From an uncultured Acidobacteriota bacterium (GTDB taxonomy: Bacteria > Acidobacteriota > UBA6911 > RPQK01 > JAPXNP01): 64,000 nucleotides of DNA. The position numbers and the translations under genes are program-made. The notes under the pieces were generated by a model. It had not been told where the DNA came from, searched no databases, and saw only the letters and a list, made by a program, of their open reading frames with translations. Shown here in pieces: positions 10,411 to 19,813 of the stretch. The first letter of the stretch is position 1; each line of letters starts with the position of its first letter. The DNA is taken from assembly GCA_963777605.1 (NCBI GenBank), contig CAVZRV010000011.1, positions 288,001 through 352,000 of the forward strand, given 5' to 3'.

Positions 10411-12262
10411 CTAGGGGTAGGGATAGCGGTTGGTCCGCTACCCCTCCCTCCGAACCCGGCGTCGGGTTCTCCCGGACCGGGCTCTCCAGTTGGTGGTTCA
10501 CCTCGAAGAGGATTGAGTGGCCGAGTCGTAGGCTGCAGTCAGGGAGAACAGCCTGCGCTCGCGGAAATAGGCGTTGGGCCAGCGTTGGTAGTCGGCACCC
10601 CGCGCTCGTCCGCGGAGACCGTGGCGTTTGCGAAGAATGGCTCGGAGCCGTCCGCGCACCCAGATATCGACTTGCTCAAACGTACGGCGGTTACTGTGTT
10701 TGTAATAGCCAAACCAGCCCCGCAGTCGCAGATTCACAAGTCGGATGATCGCGTCCAGACTCCGCCCATTCGCCCGCTTGGTCAGCGGCTTCAGATTGGC
10801 GCGAAGCTTCTGCATGCTCTTCTTCCGAGGATACTTGACCAGCCGCGGCAGTCCGGACCTGCCTGCTTGAAAGTGGTACCCCAGGAAGTCAAACCCGTCC
10901 TCGTGAAGATCCACGATTCGGGTCTTCTCCGGATGCAATTCCAGCCCCACCGCCTCCATCCACTCCGCCAGCAGTCGCCACGCCCGGCGGGCTTCCTGCT
11001 CGCTTCGGCATAGGATCACCAGATCATCGGCATACCGGATCATCACGAAACCGGCTTGCTCCATCCGGTGGTCCAGTGGATTGAGATAGACGTTGGCCAG
11101 TAGTGGACTGATGACCGCCCCTTGCGGACAGCCTTCCTCCGGCGTCCAGTGCCGCAGCGCCTCGAAGATCTCCTGTTTCAGGAAAGCCTCGAGCAACTCC
11201 AGCACGCGTCCATCCGCCACTTGTCCCTGGATCTCCTCCCGAAGCCGGGTGTGGGAGATTCGGTCAAAGTAGCTGCGGATGTCCGCATCGACCACCCAAT
11301 AGTGGCCGCTCTGGATCGTCTGCTGCACCTGCCGTAAGGCATCCTTGCATCCGCGCCCCGGACGAAAACCCAAAACTTCGCACGGCGAACGTTTCCTCAA
11401 AGATCGGTTCCAATACATTGCGTAGTGCCGTCTGCACTACCCGATCCCGCACCGTCGGAATCCCCAGCGGCCGCTTCTCGCGGCTGCCCGGTTTGTCGAT
11501 ATAGCTTCGACGGATTCCCTGCGGGCGGTAGGTCCCGTTCTTGAGGCTGTCGTGCAGCCGTTCCAGTTCCTCGTCCAGGCGCTTGTCGAACTGCTCGACC
11601 GTGACATGGTCCACTCCCGCCGCTCCCCGGTTGGCCTTCACTTTCGCAAAGGCCGCCCCCAAGTTGCGTCGACCGTAGACCTTGTCCATCAGGCTGAACC
11701 AGGCTCCTCCTTTCACTCCCGTTTCCAGGGCCTTCAACATCCGATCCGTCCATACGCTGCGTTCCGCCCAGTCCCACCGGGACCCGGCTTCTCCGACTTG
11801 TTTAGTCTCAGACACTGCCGTCGGTTGCTCTTCGCTGCCCATGTCGTCTCGTCTCCACCTTCCTGTCCCCCTTCGCTCCAGTCCCATTACAGGACCTTCA
11901 TCACTACTATGAGGACTCGGACTCCTGTCCGACCCTCTCCCGGGTGGGCAGGTCTCCCCACGCTCGCGTCGCATTGCCTTCTGTCGCCGTTCCGTCTCCA
12001 ACCACGCCATGTCCCGCCCTTCTCTCTTTGACAGCTACCCATATAGAGGAAGAACCGTCCTTTCGGATCAGGCTTCGCCATTCCACTGCAGGCTCGCCCA
12101 GACACATCGCCGAATCGAGTTCCTCGCGTACGGACCGGTGACTCACCTCCTGTGCCCCCCACCCCGTCTCACGACGGCGCAGTAACATTCGGTTACAGGC
12201 CCGGAGAGCTCTGGCCTGGGAGGGACTTTCACCCTCCTGACAATGCGCGCCTGTGGGCGCGC
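10411..12262 (-). mobile_element. Group II intron (IIB-like), 1852 nt, RT-encoding
   Basis: 5' end GCGCGCCC...GGGTGAAAGTCCC. EBS1 GGTAGC (12039-12034) pairs with the exon end GCTACT. D3 lies near 11870-11916. D5 is GAGCCCGGT...ACGCCGGGTTC. D6 has the bulged A 8 nt from the 3' end (...CCCTACCCCTAG). Confidence 0.9.
10498..11842 (-). CDS. ltrA: Group II intron reverse transcriptase/maturase, no En domain; +1 frameshift at about 11365-11368
   Basis: VKANRGAAGVD, KRPLGIPTVRDR, (S)FGF/RPGR, DADIRSYFD, PQGAVISPLLAN, RYADD, GFDFLG, X domain LRGWFGY. Removing one T from TTTT restores SFGFRPGRGC. Confidence 0.9.
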
Positions 12263-12266
12263 AGTA

Positions 12267-12292
12267 GCGCTCGCTCACACTCGCGTTCTGAA
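12267..12292 (-). repeat. REP-like element, right arm, abutting the intron 5' splice site
   Basis: Minus strand TTCAGAACGCGAGTGTGAGCGAGCGC; ends 4 nt from the intron start. Confidence 0.75.
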
Positions 12293-12405
12293 CACCGGCC
12301 GAGTGCCAGGTCCGGTCTCCGCCCGGCCCAGTTTCACTCTCTGAAGATCCGTACAAGGGCGCGGGGGCGGGGCTGACCGCAGCGAAGAGCGGACCATCTC
12401 CCGAG

Positions 12406-13509
12406 TCACCTCAGTTCGAGGTGGTTTGCCGGCGAATCACGAGGCGTCTGGGTCGATTTCGAGCCAGGTTCATCGCTTACGGGTTGCGCCAGCCCGGCTT
12501 TGACCAGGTCAAACAGGTAGATCCCGTCTCCAGTTCCCGGAGGGGAGTCGGCGCGCGATTCCTGGAACGCGAACATCAAACCGTCATCTCGCACGACCGG
12601 GTTGGACGCCCGAAAACCGGGCACGTCGGAGAAATGGGTCAACCGGACGAGGTCCCGTCCGGTCCCGTCCAGCTTCAGACGATAAATGTCGATGTAGGCG
12701 GTTCCCATCGGGTGGTGGCGATCACTTTCAACCAGCGTGTACTCGCCGTCGGGAAAGACCCCTTCCGGCTCGTCGTACTGATTCGGAGCCTTGGAGTAGT
12801 TGATGAGCTTGTCCGACTCCAGGTCGCAGCCCATAACCTCCGCCGTGAAGACTCCGCTGTCGGTCATCCCGTACTGGGACCAGATCAACTCCCTGTCATC
12901 CGGCGGTCGAAAACTCTGCGGTTCGACCATTCCCTCATACTGGATCCCGTCAACCACCACGTCGCGGTTGTCGACGACCTGCTTCCTATGCAACAAGACG
13001 GGATCGCCGTTCCGATAGACAATGTCCCCAACCCAGATTTTCTCCTGCTTTGCCGTCCAGGCCACCTTGAGTTGCTGACGGGAAACCGCGCACCCTTCGG
13101 CAACCAGCACATCCTTGAACACTTTCGGAGGTCTTGTCAGGCTCTTGTCGAGGATTTGCAGGTAGGTCTCCTGACGGCTCGGTCCCCCGGTCAGCAAGTA
13201 GTCACCGTTGGACAGGTAGAGGGCCCGGTAATACCCCCAACCCTCCGGGCGCTGGTAATGAAGCGAGATCGGCTTGGTCTGGCGGGTTCGGATGTCGATT
13301 TCAAATACGTCTCCGCCTGCCTCGGTCAGGTAGAGGATCTTAGTGCCGTCCAGGGACCAGTCGGGGCGTTCTCCAAAATCGGTCAGTCGCGTGATGTATT
13401 GGGGCAACTTGCTCGGTGGAAAGGAAGAAGCATGAGCCAAGGTCGAAGTCAGCCCGCTCAACAGCAGAACAAGGAATCCCCGAATCAGGATGCGACAAAC
13501 TGTCTTCAT
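12406..13509 (-). CDS. Exported TolB-like beta-propeller protein
   Basis: 367 aa; signal peptide; PD40-like repeats (RLTDFGERPDWSLDG, EPEGVFPDG, RLTHF...ASNPVVRDDG). Confidence 0.7.
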   Translation of the reverse strand: MKTVCRILIRGFLVLLLSGLTSTLAHASSFPPSKLPQYITRLTDFGERPDWSLDGTKILYLTEAGGDVFEIDIRTRQTKPISLHYQRPEGWGYYRALYLSNGDYLLTGGPSRQETYLQILDKSLTRPPKVFKDVLVAEGCAVSRQQLKVAWTAKQEKIWVGDIVYRNGDPVLLHRKQVVDNRDVVVDGIQYEGMVEPQSFRPPDDRELIWSQYGMTDSGVFTAEVMGCDLESDKLINYSKAPNQYDEPEGVFPDGEYTLVESDRHHPMGTAYIDIYRLKLDGTGRDLVRLTHFSDVPGFRASNPVVRDDGLMFAFQESRADSPPGTGDGIYLFDLVKAGLAQPVSDEPGSKSTQTPRDSPANHLELR

Positions 13510-13680
13510 GCTCTATTCGCCTCCACGTCGCAGCTTGGTACTCCTCGTCAAGAACGCGCCTCCAAGGTCAACGTTGCAGGAGTCTGGTTCAAGCCTACTC
13601 CACCTGATTCCTTTGCAGCAGTGTACCCCTTGGCGATCCGCGTTGCGAGGGTCCGTCCCGACCCTTTTCCCACTTACAAT

Positions 13681-13709
13681 TTGACCCGGAGGCACAACCG
13701 ACTTACGAT
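13681..13709 (+). promoter_or_regulatory. Putative sigma70 promoter, near-leaderless
   Basis: TTGACC-N17-TACGAT, 9 nt before the ATG at 13719. Confidence 0.5.
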
Positions 13710-13718
13710 CAGATTTAT

Positions 13719-15077
13719 ATGTCCTCAAAAGAAAAGTTCGTCCGTTCCAAAGTCACTCGGCGAGACTTCATTCAGTACGGGGTAGCCGCCGGTTCACTGG
13801 CCGTGGGGTTTCCCGCCATCATCAGCGCGAGATCACCCAACGACAAGCTGAACATCGCCGCCATCGGCGTCGGCGGCCGGGGAGCCTCCAATCTGAAGAA
13901 CGTTTCGTCCGAAAACATCGTCGCCTTGTGCGACGTCAACTCCACCTATCTCGACCGGGCCCACGAGAAATTTCCCGGTGCTCGAACCTACCGGGACTTT
14001 CGGAAGCTTTACGACAACGCTTCCGACATCGACGCCGTGGTCGTGAGCACGACGGAGCACACTCATCCCTTCGCCACACTTCCCGCCCTCAAGATGAAGA
14101 AGCACGTTTACTGCGAGAAGCCTCTCAGCCACGACGTAAATGAAGCCCGGATCATTACCAAGGCAGCCCAGGAAGCGGGCGTCGCGACCCAGATGGGAAC
14201 CCAGATCCACGCCACCGACAACTACCGCCGGGTCGTGGAACTGGTGCAGTCTGGAGCCATCGGGCCGGTTCGCGAAGCCCACGTCTGGGTTTCGCGTGCC
14301 TGGGGACGCCAGACCGAGCAGGAAGCCCGACTCCACAACGACATCGTCTTCGTTCGCGAGCGCCCGGCCGAAAGCATGACTCCGCCGGCCGACGTCGACT
14401 GGGATCTTTGGATCGGCCCTGCGCCGTTTCGACCCTACAACGACGTGTACTTGCCCGGACCGAAGTGGTACCGGTGGTGGGACTTCGGAAACGGGACCAT
14501 GTCCGATCTGGGCAGTCACTGGATCGATCTTCCCTTCTGGGCGCTGGATCTTGACCGTCCCCTGACGATCGAGGCAGACGGCCCCGAACCGCACCCGGAG
14601 ATTGCACCGGCATCCATGTCGGCCCGCTACACGTACGGGCCGCGTGGCAACCGTCCCGGCCTGACTCTGACCTGGTACCAGGGAACAATCAAGCCGGAGA
14701 TTCTGAAGTCGGGGACGATTCCCCAGTGGTCAAACGGGGTGCTCTTCGTGGGCGACTCCGGCCTTCTGCTGGCCGATTACAGCAAGCACACGCTGCTGCC
14801 TGAAAGGCAGTATCGAGACTTCCAGCCCCCACCGCAGACGATTCCCAAATCGCTTGGGCACCACGCAGAGTGGATTCACGCCTGCAAGACCGGAGCACCG
14901 ACGACCTGCCACTTCGGCTATTCCGGACCTTTGACGGAGGCAAACCACCTCGGCAACGTTGCCTTCCGAGTGGGAAAGAAGATCCAGTGGGACGCCGAGA
15001 ACATCCGGGCTGTCGGATTACCCGAAGCGGATCCGTTCCTCCGTCGCTCCTACCGCGACGGCTGGTCACTCGCCTAG
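13719..15077 (+). CDS. Tat-signal Gfo/Idh/MocA oxidoreductase
   Basis: TRRDFI twin-arginine motif; IGVGGRG; HVYCEKP; DWDLWIGPA; WWDFGNG..DLGSH. Confidence 0.9.
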   Translation: MSSKEKFVRSKVTRRDFIQYGVAAGSLAVGFPAIISARSPNDKLNIAAIGVGGRGASNLKNVSSENIVALCDVNSTYLDRAHEKFPGARTYRDFRKLYDNASDIDAVVVSTTEHTHPFATLPALKMKKHVYCEKPLSHDVNEARIITKAAQEAGVATQMGTQIHATDNYRRVVELVQSGAIGPVREAHVWVSRAWGRQTEQEARLHNDIVFVRERPAESMTPPADVDWDLWIGPAPFRPYNDVYLPGPKWYRWWDFGNGTMSDLGSHWIDLPFWALDLDRPLTIEADGPEPHPEIAPASMSARYTYGPRGNRPGLTLTWYQGTIKPEILKSGTIPQWSNGVLFVGDSGLLLADYSKHTLLPERQYRDFQPPPQTIPKSLGHHAEWIHACKTGAPTTCHFGYSGPLTEANHLGNVAFRVGKKIQWDAENIRAVGLPEADPFLRRSYRDGWSLA

Positions 15078-15130
15078 CCTGACTCCCTTCGCCGGGCCGC
15101 AACCGTTCGGCCCGGCGAGGGACGTGGAAT

Positions 15131-16195
15131 ATGAATTTCGACCAACTCATCTCTTCCGTCACGCTTTTCGTCCTGGGCCTGATCTTCGCGCTCCTGCCTC
15201 ACGCGACTCGACCCGACCTTTTCTTCGCAGTGACTGTCCCCCGGGAATTCCCGAGAAGCGCACTCGGAATACGCATTGTCCGCCGCTTCCAGTTCGCCGT
15301 CTTCGGCGTGACCATTATCGCCATTGCCCTGGCCTTTGCTCCCTTCGGACGTCCCGGTCCGGCATACCAGTTTCTCCTGCCCCTGGGCCAACTGACATCG
15401 GTCCTGGTCGCATTCCTCCTGGCACGCCGGGCAGTTCTCCCCCATGCGGTGGCTCCGGAACGAACCCGGGATGCCGGCCTTCGGAATCAGCCATCCGTGA
15501 TCCCCGGCGGGATTCTCGCGGCCGCAGGTCCCTTGTTGCTGATAGCGGCTTCGGCGGTCGCAAGCCTGACCTGGCCGGAGCGACTTCCGAATCGACTGCC
15601 GATCCATTTCGGGCTGAGCGGTCCCGACCGGTGGATTGACACTTCCCCGGCAGGCTTGGCCCAGTTCTTTCTGCTCGTCGGTTCCGTGCAGGTCCTCTTC
15701 CTGCTCATAACCCTGGGCCTCTCAAAATCGGTCGGACGCGCCGCCGTAACAGGCGAACGAGGAGCCGCGGAAATTCGCTTCCGCCGGATGACGATCGGAA
15801 TGCTGCTCTTCACCAGCTACTTCCTGGCCATTCAGTCCTGCCTGGTTCTGGTCATTGCCGATGGCGCATTTGCAGGGACACTGATGAACATCTTCGGGTT
15901 GACCCTCGTTGCCGCCGTCCTCATCTGGATCGTCATTCTGATTCGGATGGGCCAGGGAGGAAGCAGAGAGATCGGCGACGGCGCGCCAACCCGCGAGACC
16001 GGCCCCCTGGGCGACCGCCGACCGGACAGCACCTGGAAACTCGGACTTTTTTACTACAACCCGGAGGACCCTGCCCTCTTCATCGAAAAGCGCTTCGGCA
16101 TCGGCTACACGGTCAACTTCGGAAACCGGTGGACCTGGGTAGTCATTCTCGTGCTGGTTTCGATCCTGGTGGCCGCAGTTCACTTTCTGGGTTGA
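15131..16195 (+). CDS. DUF1648/DUF5808 membrane protein
   Basis: Multiple TM helices; LPNRLPIHFGLSGPDRW; WKLGLFYYNPEDPALFIEKRFGIGYTVNFGN. Confidence 0.8.
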   Translation: MNFDQLISSVTLFVLGLIFALLPHATRPDLFFAVTVPREFPRSALGIRIVRRFQFAVFGVTIIAIALAFAPFGRPGPAYQFLLPLGQLTSVLVAFLLARRAVLPHAVAPERTRDAGLRNQPSVIPGGILAAAGPLLLIAASAVASLTWPERLPNRLPIHFGLSGPDRWIDTSPAGLAQFFLLVGSVQVLFLLITLGLSKSVGRAAVTGERGAAEIRFRRMTIGMLLFTSYFLAIQSCLVLVIADGAFAGTLMNIFGLTLVAAVLIWIVILIRMGQGGSREIGDGAPTRETGPLGDRRPDSTWKLGLFYYNPEDPALFIEKRFGIGYTVNFGNRWTWVVILVLVSILVAAVHFLG

Positions 16196-16208
16196 ATTCC
16201 CGGTGAAC

Positions 16209-16237
16209 TTGTGACGCGATCGCTCCTCGTCTAAAGT
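16209..16237 (+). promoter_or_regulatory. Putative sigma70 promoter, leaderless
   Basis: TTGTGA-N17-TAAAGT, 6 nt before the ATG at 16244; no SD. Confidence 0.45.
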
Positions 16238-16243
16238 AGACGG

Positions 16244-17695
16244 ATGACGGCCGAAGAACCCCATGCCCGGATTTCTCTCATCCTGTTTGTACTCCTCCTC
16301 GGATGGGGCTCGTGGTCCTGCTCGACGCGGACTCCCCAGGAACCCGCGGTCACGGCAAGCCCTCCGAACCTGGTCTGGATCATGGCTGACGACCTCGGAT
16401 ACGGAGACCTGGGCAGTTACGGTCAGAAGATCATCCAGACACCACGTCTCGACCGGATGGCCACTGAGGGCATGCGATTCACGCAGTTTTACGCTGGCGC
16501 CACGGTTTGCGCTCCTTCGCGGTCTGTCCTGATGACAGGGCAACACACCGGGCACACCTTCGTCCGCGGGAATGCCGGTGGAAATATGCTAATCCAGACG
16601 CTGCGGCCGCAGGACACCACGGTGGCGGAAGTTCTCCACGGTGCGGGATACGCCACCGCCCTGATCGGCAAATGGGGCCTGGGCGAACCGGGCAGCACCG
16701 GACATCCTCTCAAGAAAGGCTTCGACTACTTCTTTGGCTACCTGAACCAGGTTCACGCCCACAACTACTACCCGGAGTTCCTCTGGCGAAACGAGGAACA
16801 GGTGCCGCTGCACAACGTCGTAACCCGGTCAGAAGGCACCTACGGCGGCTTCGCGGGAGGCTATGCCACCAAGAGGGTCGATTACAGCCATGATCTGTTT
16901 GCCCAGGAGAGCCTGGACTGGGTCAAACAGCACGCCGGGGGACCTTTTTTCCTCTACCTCGCCCTGACCATTCCCCATGCCAACAACGAGGGCACGCGGG
17001 GTACCGGCAATGGGGAAGAGGTACCAGACTACGGTATTTACGCCGACAAGGACTGGCCGGATCCCGACAAGGGACAAGCCTCCATGATCACCCGGATGGA
17101 CCGAGATATGGGCCGACTGCTCGACCTCATCCAGTCCCTCAAGATCGACCGGAACACCCTGGTCATCTTCACCTCGGATAACGGGCCCCATTCGGAAGGT
17201 GGCAACAACCTGGAGTTCTTTGACGCCAACGGGCCCTTGCGGGGGAAGAAGCGGGACCTCTACGAGGGTGGCATTCGGGTTCCGCTCATCGCCTGGTGGC
17301 CGGGGACGGTTGCCGCCGGCACCACGTCGGATCACATCGGGTATTTCGGAGACCTGATGGCAACGGCAGCTGACCTCAGTGGAACCCAGGCGCCGGCCGA
17401 TATCGACAGTATCAGTTTTCTTCCCACCCTGAAGGGAGAGTCGGACCAGCAGGCCACGCACGACTACCTCTACTGGGAATTCTACGAAGGAAGCGGCGGA
17501 GCCCAGGCGGTTCGCCAGGGTCCGTGGAAAGCGGTTCGCAAGCCTGGCCAGACCGGCCCGGTCGAACTGTACAACCTGGATGAAGATCTGGGGGAAGAAC
17601 ACGACGTGGCGGCAGAACATCCCGATATCGTCAGCCGCCTGGTTGGGCTGATGGACGAGGCCCATTCGCCCAACCCAAATTGGAGTTTCCAGTAG
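16244..17695 (+). CDS. Arylsulfatase (S1, Cys-type formylglycine)
   Basis: [15 protein letters not shown]; [11 protein letters not shown]; GKWGLG; FTSDNG; LYEGGIRVP. Confidence 0.93.
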   Translation: MTAEEPHARISLILFVLLLGWGSWSCSTRTPQEPAVTASPPNLVWIMADDLGYGDLGSYGQKIIQTPRLDRMATEGMRFTQFYAGATVCAPSRSVLMTGQHTGHTFVRGNAGGNMLIQTLRPQDTTVAEVLHGAGYATALIGKWGLGEPGSTGHPLKKGFDYFFGYLNQVHAHNYYPEFLWRNEEQVPLHNVVTRSEGTYGGFAGGYATKRVDYSHDLFAQESLDWVKQHAGGPFFLYLALTIPHANNEGTRGTGNGEEVPDYGIYADKDWPDPDKGQASMITRMDRDMGRLLDLIQSLKIDRNTLVIFTSDNGPHSEGGNNLEFFDANGPLRGKKRDLYEGGIRVPLIAWWPGTVAAGTTSDHIGYFGDLMATAADLSGTQAPADIDSISFLPTLKGESDQQATHDYLYWEFYEGSGGAQAVRQGPWKAVRKPGQTGPVELYNLDEDLGEEHDVAAEHPDIVSRLVGLMDEAHSPNPNWSFQ

Positions 17696-17765
17696 CGTCC
17701 CGAGTCAACTGGGCCCCCGGCGGCGCCGAACCATTCAGAGAGTGAAACTTGCCCGCGTGTGCTGA

Positions 17766-17843
17766 ACCGCGACGGCGCCAAGACGCCAAGATCTTCTTTG
17801 TTTTCAATAATCGATACTCTCGGCGACCTTCGCGTCTTGCGGT
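17766..17843. repeat. Imperfect intergenic inverted repeat (REP-like) between convergent genes
   Basis: ACCGCGACGGCGCCAAGACGCCAAGA ... TCTCGGCGACCTTCGCGTCTTGCGGT with an AT-rich loop. Confidence 0.55.
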
Positions 17844-17971
17844 GAAAAGCTAAGCCTCCGATCGAAGTCCCAAGAAGTCGGGGAGACCAACAACCCGGCA
17901 GGTCCTGCACCGATGGAAAGTGCCGGGCCCAGTGGGACACGGGGCGACCGGAGTAGAGTTCTCGACCTGCC

Positions 17972-18559
17972 CTACCGATCGATCTCTCGGCGAATCGTTT
18001 CCTCGAGTTCAACAAGGTTGATCCGGCCTTCGTGCCTGTAGACGATCTTGCCTTTTCGATCCACGAGCACGGTGTAAGGGAGTGTCTCCGTCCACTTGTC
18101 GTCGAAGGTCTTCATCATCATGTAGGTGTCCGAGTCCCCCATCAAGAAGTTCCGGGACTGCGGCTGATAACGGGCCAGAAATTTCTCTACTCCGGCCTGT
18201 TCATCGGCCTGGTTGGCAGAGACCGTCACCAACTGCAGGCCGCTGTCCCCGTACCTCCGGCTGAGTTCAATCAATTCGGGAAACTCCTCCACGCACGAAC
18301 CACACCAGGTGGCCCAGAAATTGACCAATCGGAGGTTATCCGCCTTGGCTTTGCGAAATTCCTTCAAGGCTTTCGCAGAGACGATTTCAACTCCGATCCC
18401 TCTGGTATCGGAGGGCCCGTTTTCTGCATGGATCCCGGTGAACCCGGTGGCCAGGGCCACCAGAACGGCGGCCACGACCGCCCCAAGTGCGAGGCGCGGA
18501 GAACCGGCCTGCGGCGAGCCATTCGCCCGATCTGAAACATTGCTCTTCAACTGTTTCAT
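17972..18559 (-). CDS. TlpA-family thiol-disulfide oxidoreductase
   Basis: N-terminal membrane anchor; LVNFWATWCGSC; LPYT cis-Pro loop; AGGAGG SD. Confidence 0.88.
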   Translation of the reverse strand: MKQLKSNVSDRANGSPQAGSPRLALGAVVAAVLVALATGFTGIHAENGPSDTRGIGVEIVSAKALKEFRKAKADNLRLVNFWATWCGSCVEEFPELIELSRRYGDSGLQLVTVSANQADEQAGVEKFLARYQPQSRNFLMGDSDTYMMMKTFDDKWTETLPYTVLVDRKGKIVYRHEGRINLVELEETIRREIDR

Positions 18560-19059
18560 GAAAACTCCTCCTTCTCAGGTCGTTTGCCCACACGGGCAGA
18601 CCGTCCGCGCCACGTGCCCATCCGAAACCGGTACGGTAATGGGATGAAGAGGCTGTTCGAAATGGAAGCCGGGTGACCCGCTAGTCACCCAAGAAGACTT
18701 TGGTGAAACATATCGCACGTTGCGTTCCACTTCGAAGGGACTATTGGATAACCCGCCTAAGCGTCTGAATTTGAGCATCTTGCGGTTCAGAGTCTGCAGC
18801 AAAGAATGGACTGGAACACCCCAAAGCCGTAATAATCCCCTTAATCGATATGAATTATTCCCATAGGATCTACGATCGCCGAGAGACAACTCGCGACTCG
18901 ACTGACTGAACAATCAACTCAACTCGCCCTCGCCGGCCCTGCACGGCCTGATCCTGTTGGAGGCACGCGCGTTCGGGCTGATTCAATGGTTTGGAGGGTC
19001 GACCGGTTGCGCGGTTGCGTGGAAGAATACGGTCTTCGACCCGGGAATCCGGCCGCAGC

Positions 19060-19767
19060 ATCGCGAAGGCTGCTCTGCTTGCCACGGGCGGAAGGAGATG
19101 ACGATGGGCAGGAGTGAGTGGCACGGGCATGAAGCGCTGGATCGAACGACGCTCTCGATCCGATTCCAAGCTCCGGGAACCGGAACCGGGATCGTAATTC
19201 CGGGCGTGCTCTATCACGGAAACCCTTCCGGCGCGCGAAGCGGAAGAACCCCGGTCTATACCGGCACCGCGGGGGACACCTCGGTTTACGAGGAGCACCG
19301 GCTCCCGATGCCTTTCGTGAGTTTCGAATTTCCTGGAGTGGGCCCAACACGCCGCGGACCTGGTCCTGACTTACCTCGTCGTCTGGGACATCGATCTCCC
19401 AGCGGGTCGGCTGCGGGATCACAACTTCAAGACCCGGGGTTGGACTGCCGTCTCGGTCCAAAATCAGCACATCGACGTCTACGGCGTGCTGATCGCACCC
19501 AGCCTTTACCGACTCGGCCAGTTGACCGGGCGGCCCGAACTGAAGGTCCTCGCCCAGTTGATGTTCAGATCGTGCGGGCAGCTAATCGACCCCTCCGGAA
19601 GCCAGGGTGAACAACCCCAGCACACGAATTACGCACAGCATGGCGAGGTAACCAGTGCCTTTGGCCATCGCGGCGGATACGTCGAAAGCTGGACGGTCTT
19701 CTGGATTACGGCGCATTTCCTGAACGCCGCAGCCCAGTTCCAGGAACTCGGGCTGACACTTCGGTAG
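19060..19767 (+). pseudogene. Internally deleted remnant of a large putative carbohydrate-active protein
   Basis: IPGVLYHGNPSG...YEEHRLPMPFVSFE is joined out of frame at about 19330 to FLEWAQHAADLVLTY..WDIDLP..FKTRGWTAVSVQNQHIDVYG...*; no convincing start. Confidence 0.55.
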
Positions 19768-19776
19768 CCGGCCTAT

Positions 19777-19806
19777 TTGACCTTCCCTGGGCCCAAGGGC
19801 CAGAAT
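19777..19806 (+). promoter_or_regulatory. Putative sigma70 promoter, leaderless
   Basis: TTGACC-N18-CAGAAT, 7 nt before the ATG at 19814. Confidence 0.45.
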
Positions 19807-19813
19807 CAGATTG

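Noticed and set aside
10498-11842. RT as a retron, DGR or CRISPR-associated RT
   Set aside because: It has YADD, an X domain and flanking D1-D6 ribozyme structure; no TR/VR pair, msr-msd or cas genes were seen.
10291-12292. 26-bp inverted repeats as transposon terminal IRs
   Set aside because: No transposase lies inside and I saw no target-site duplication; the intron boundaries lie within the arms.
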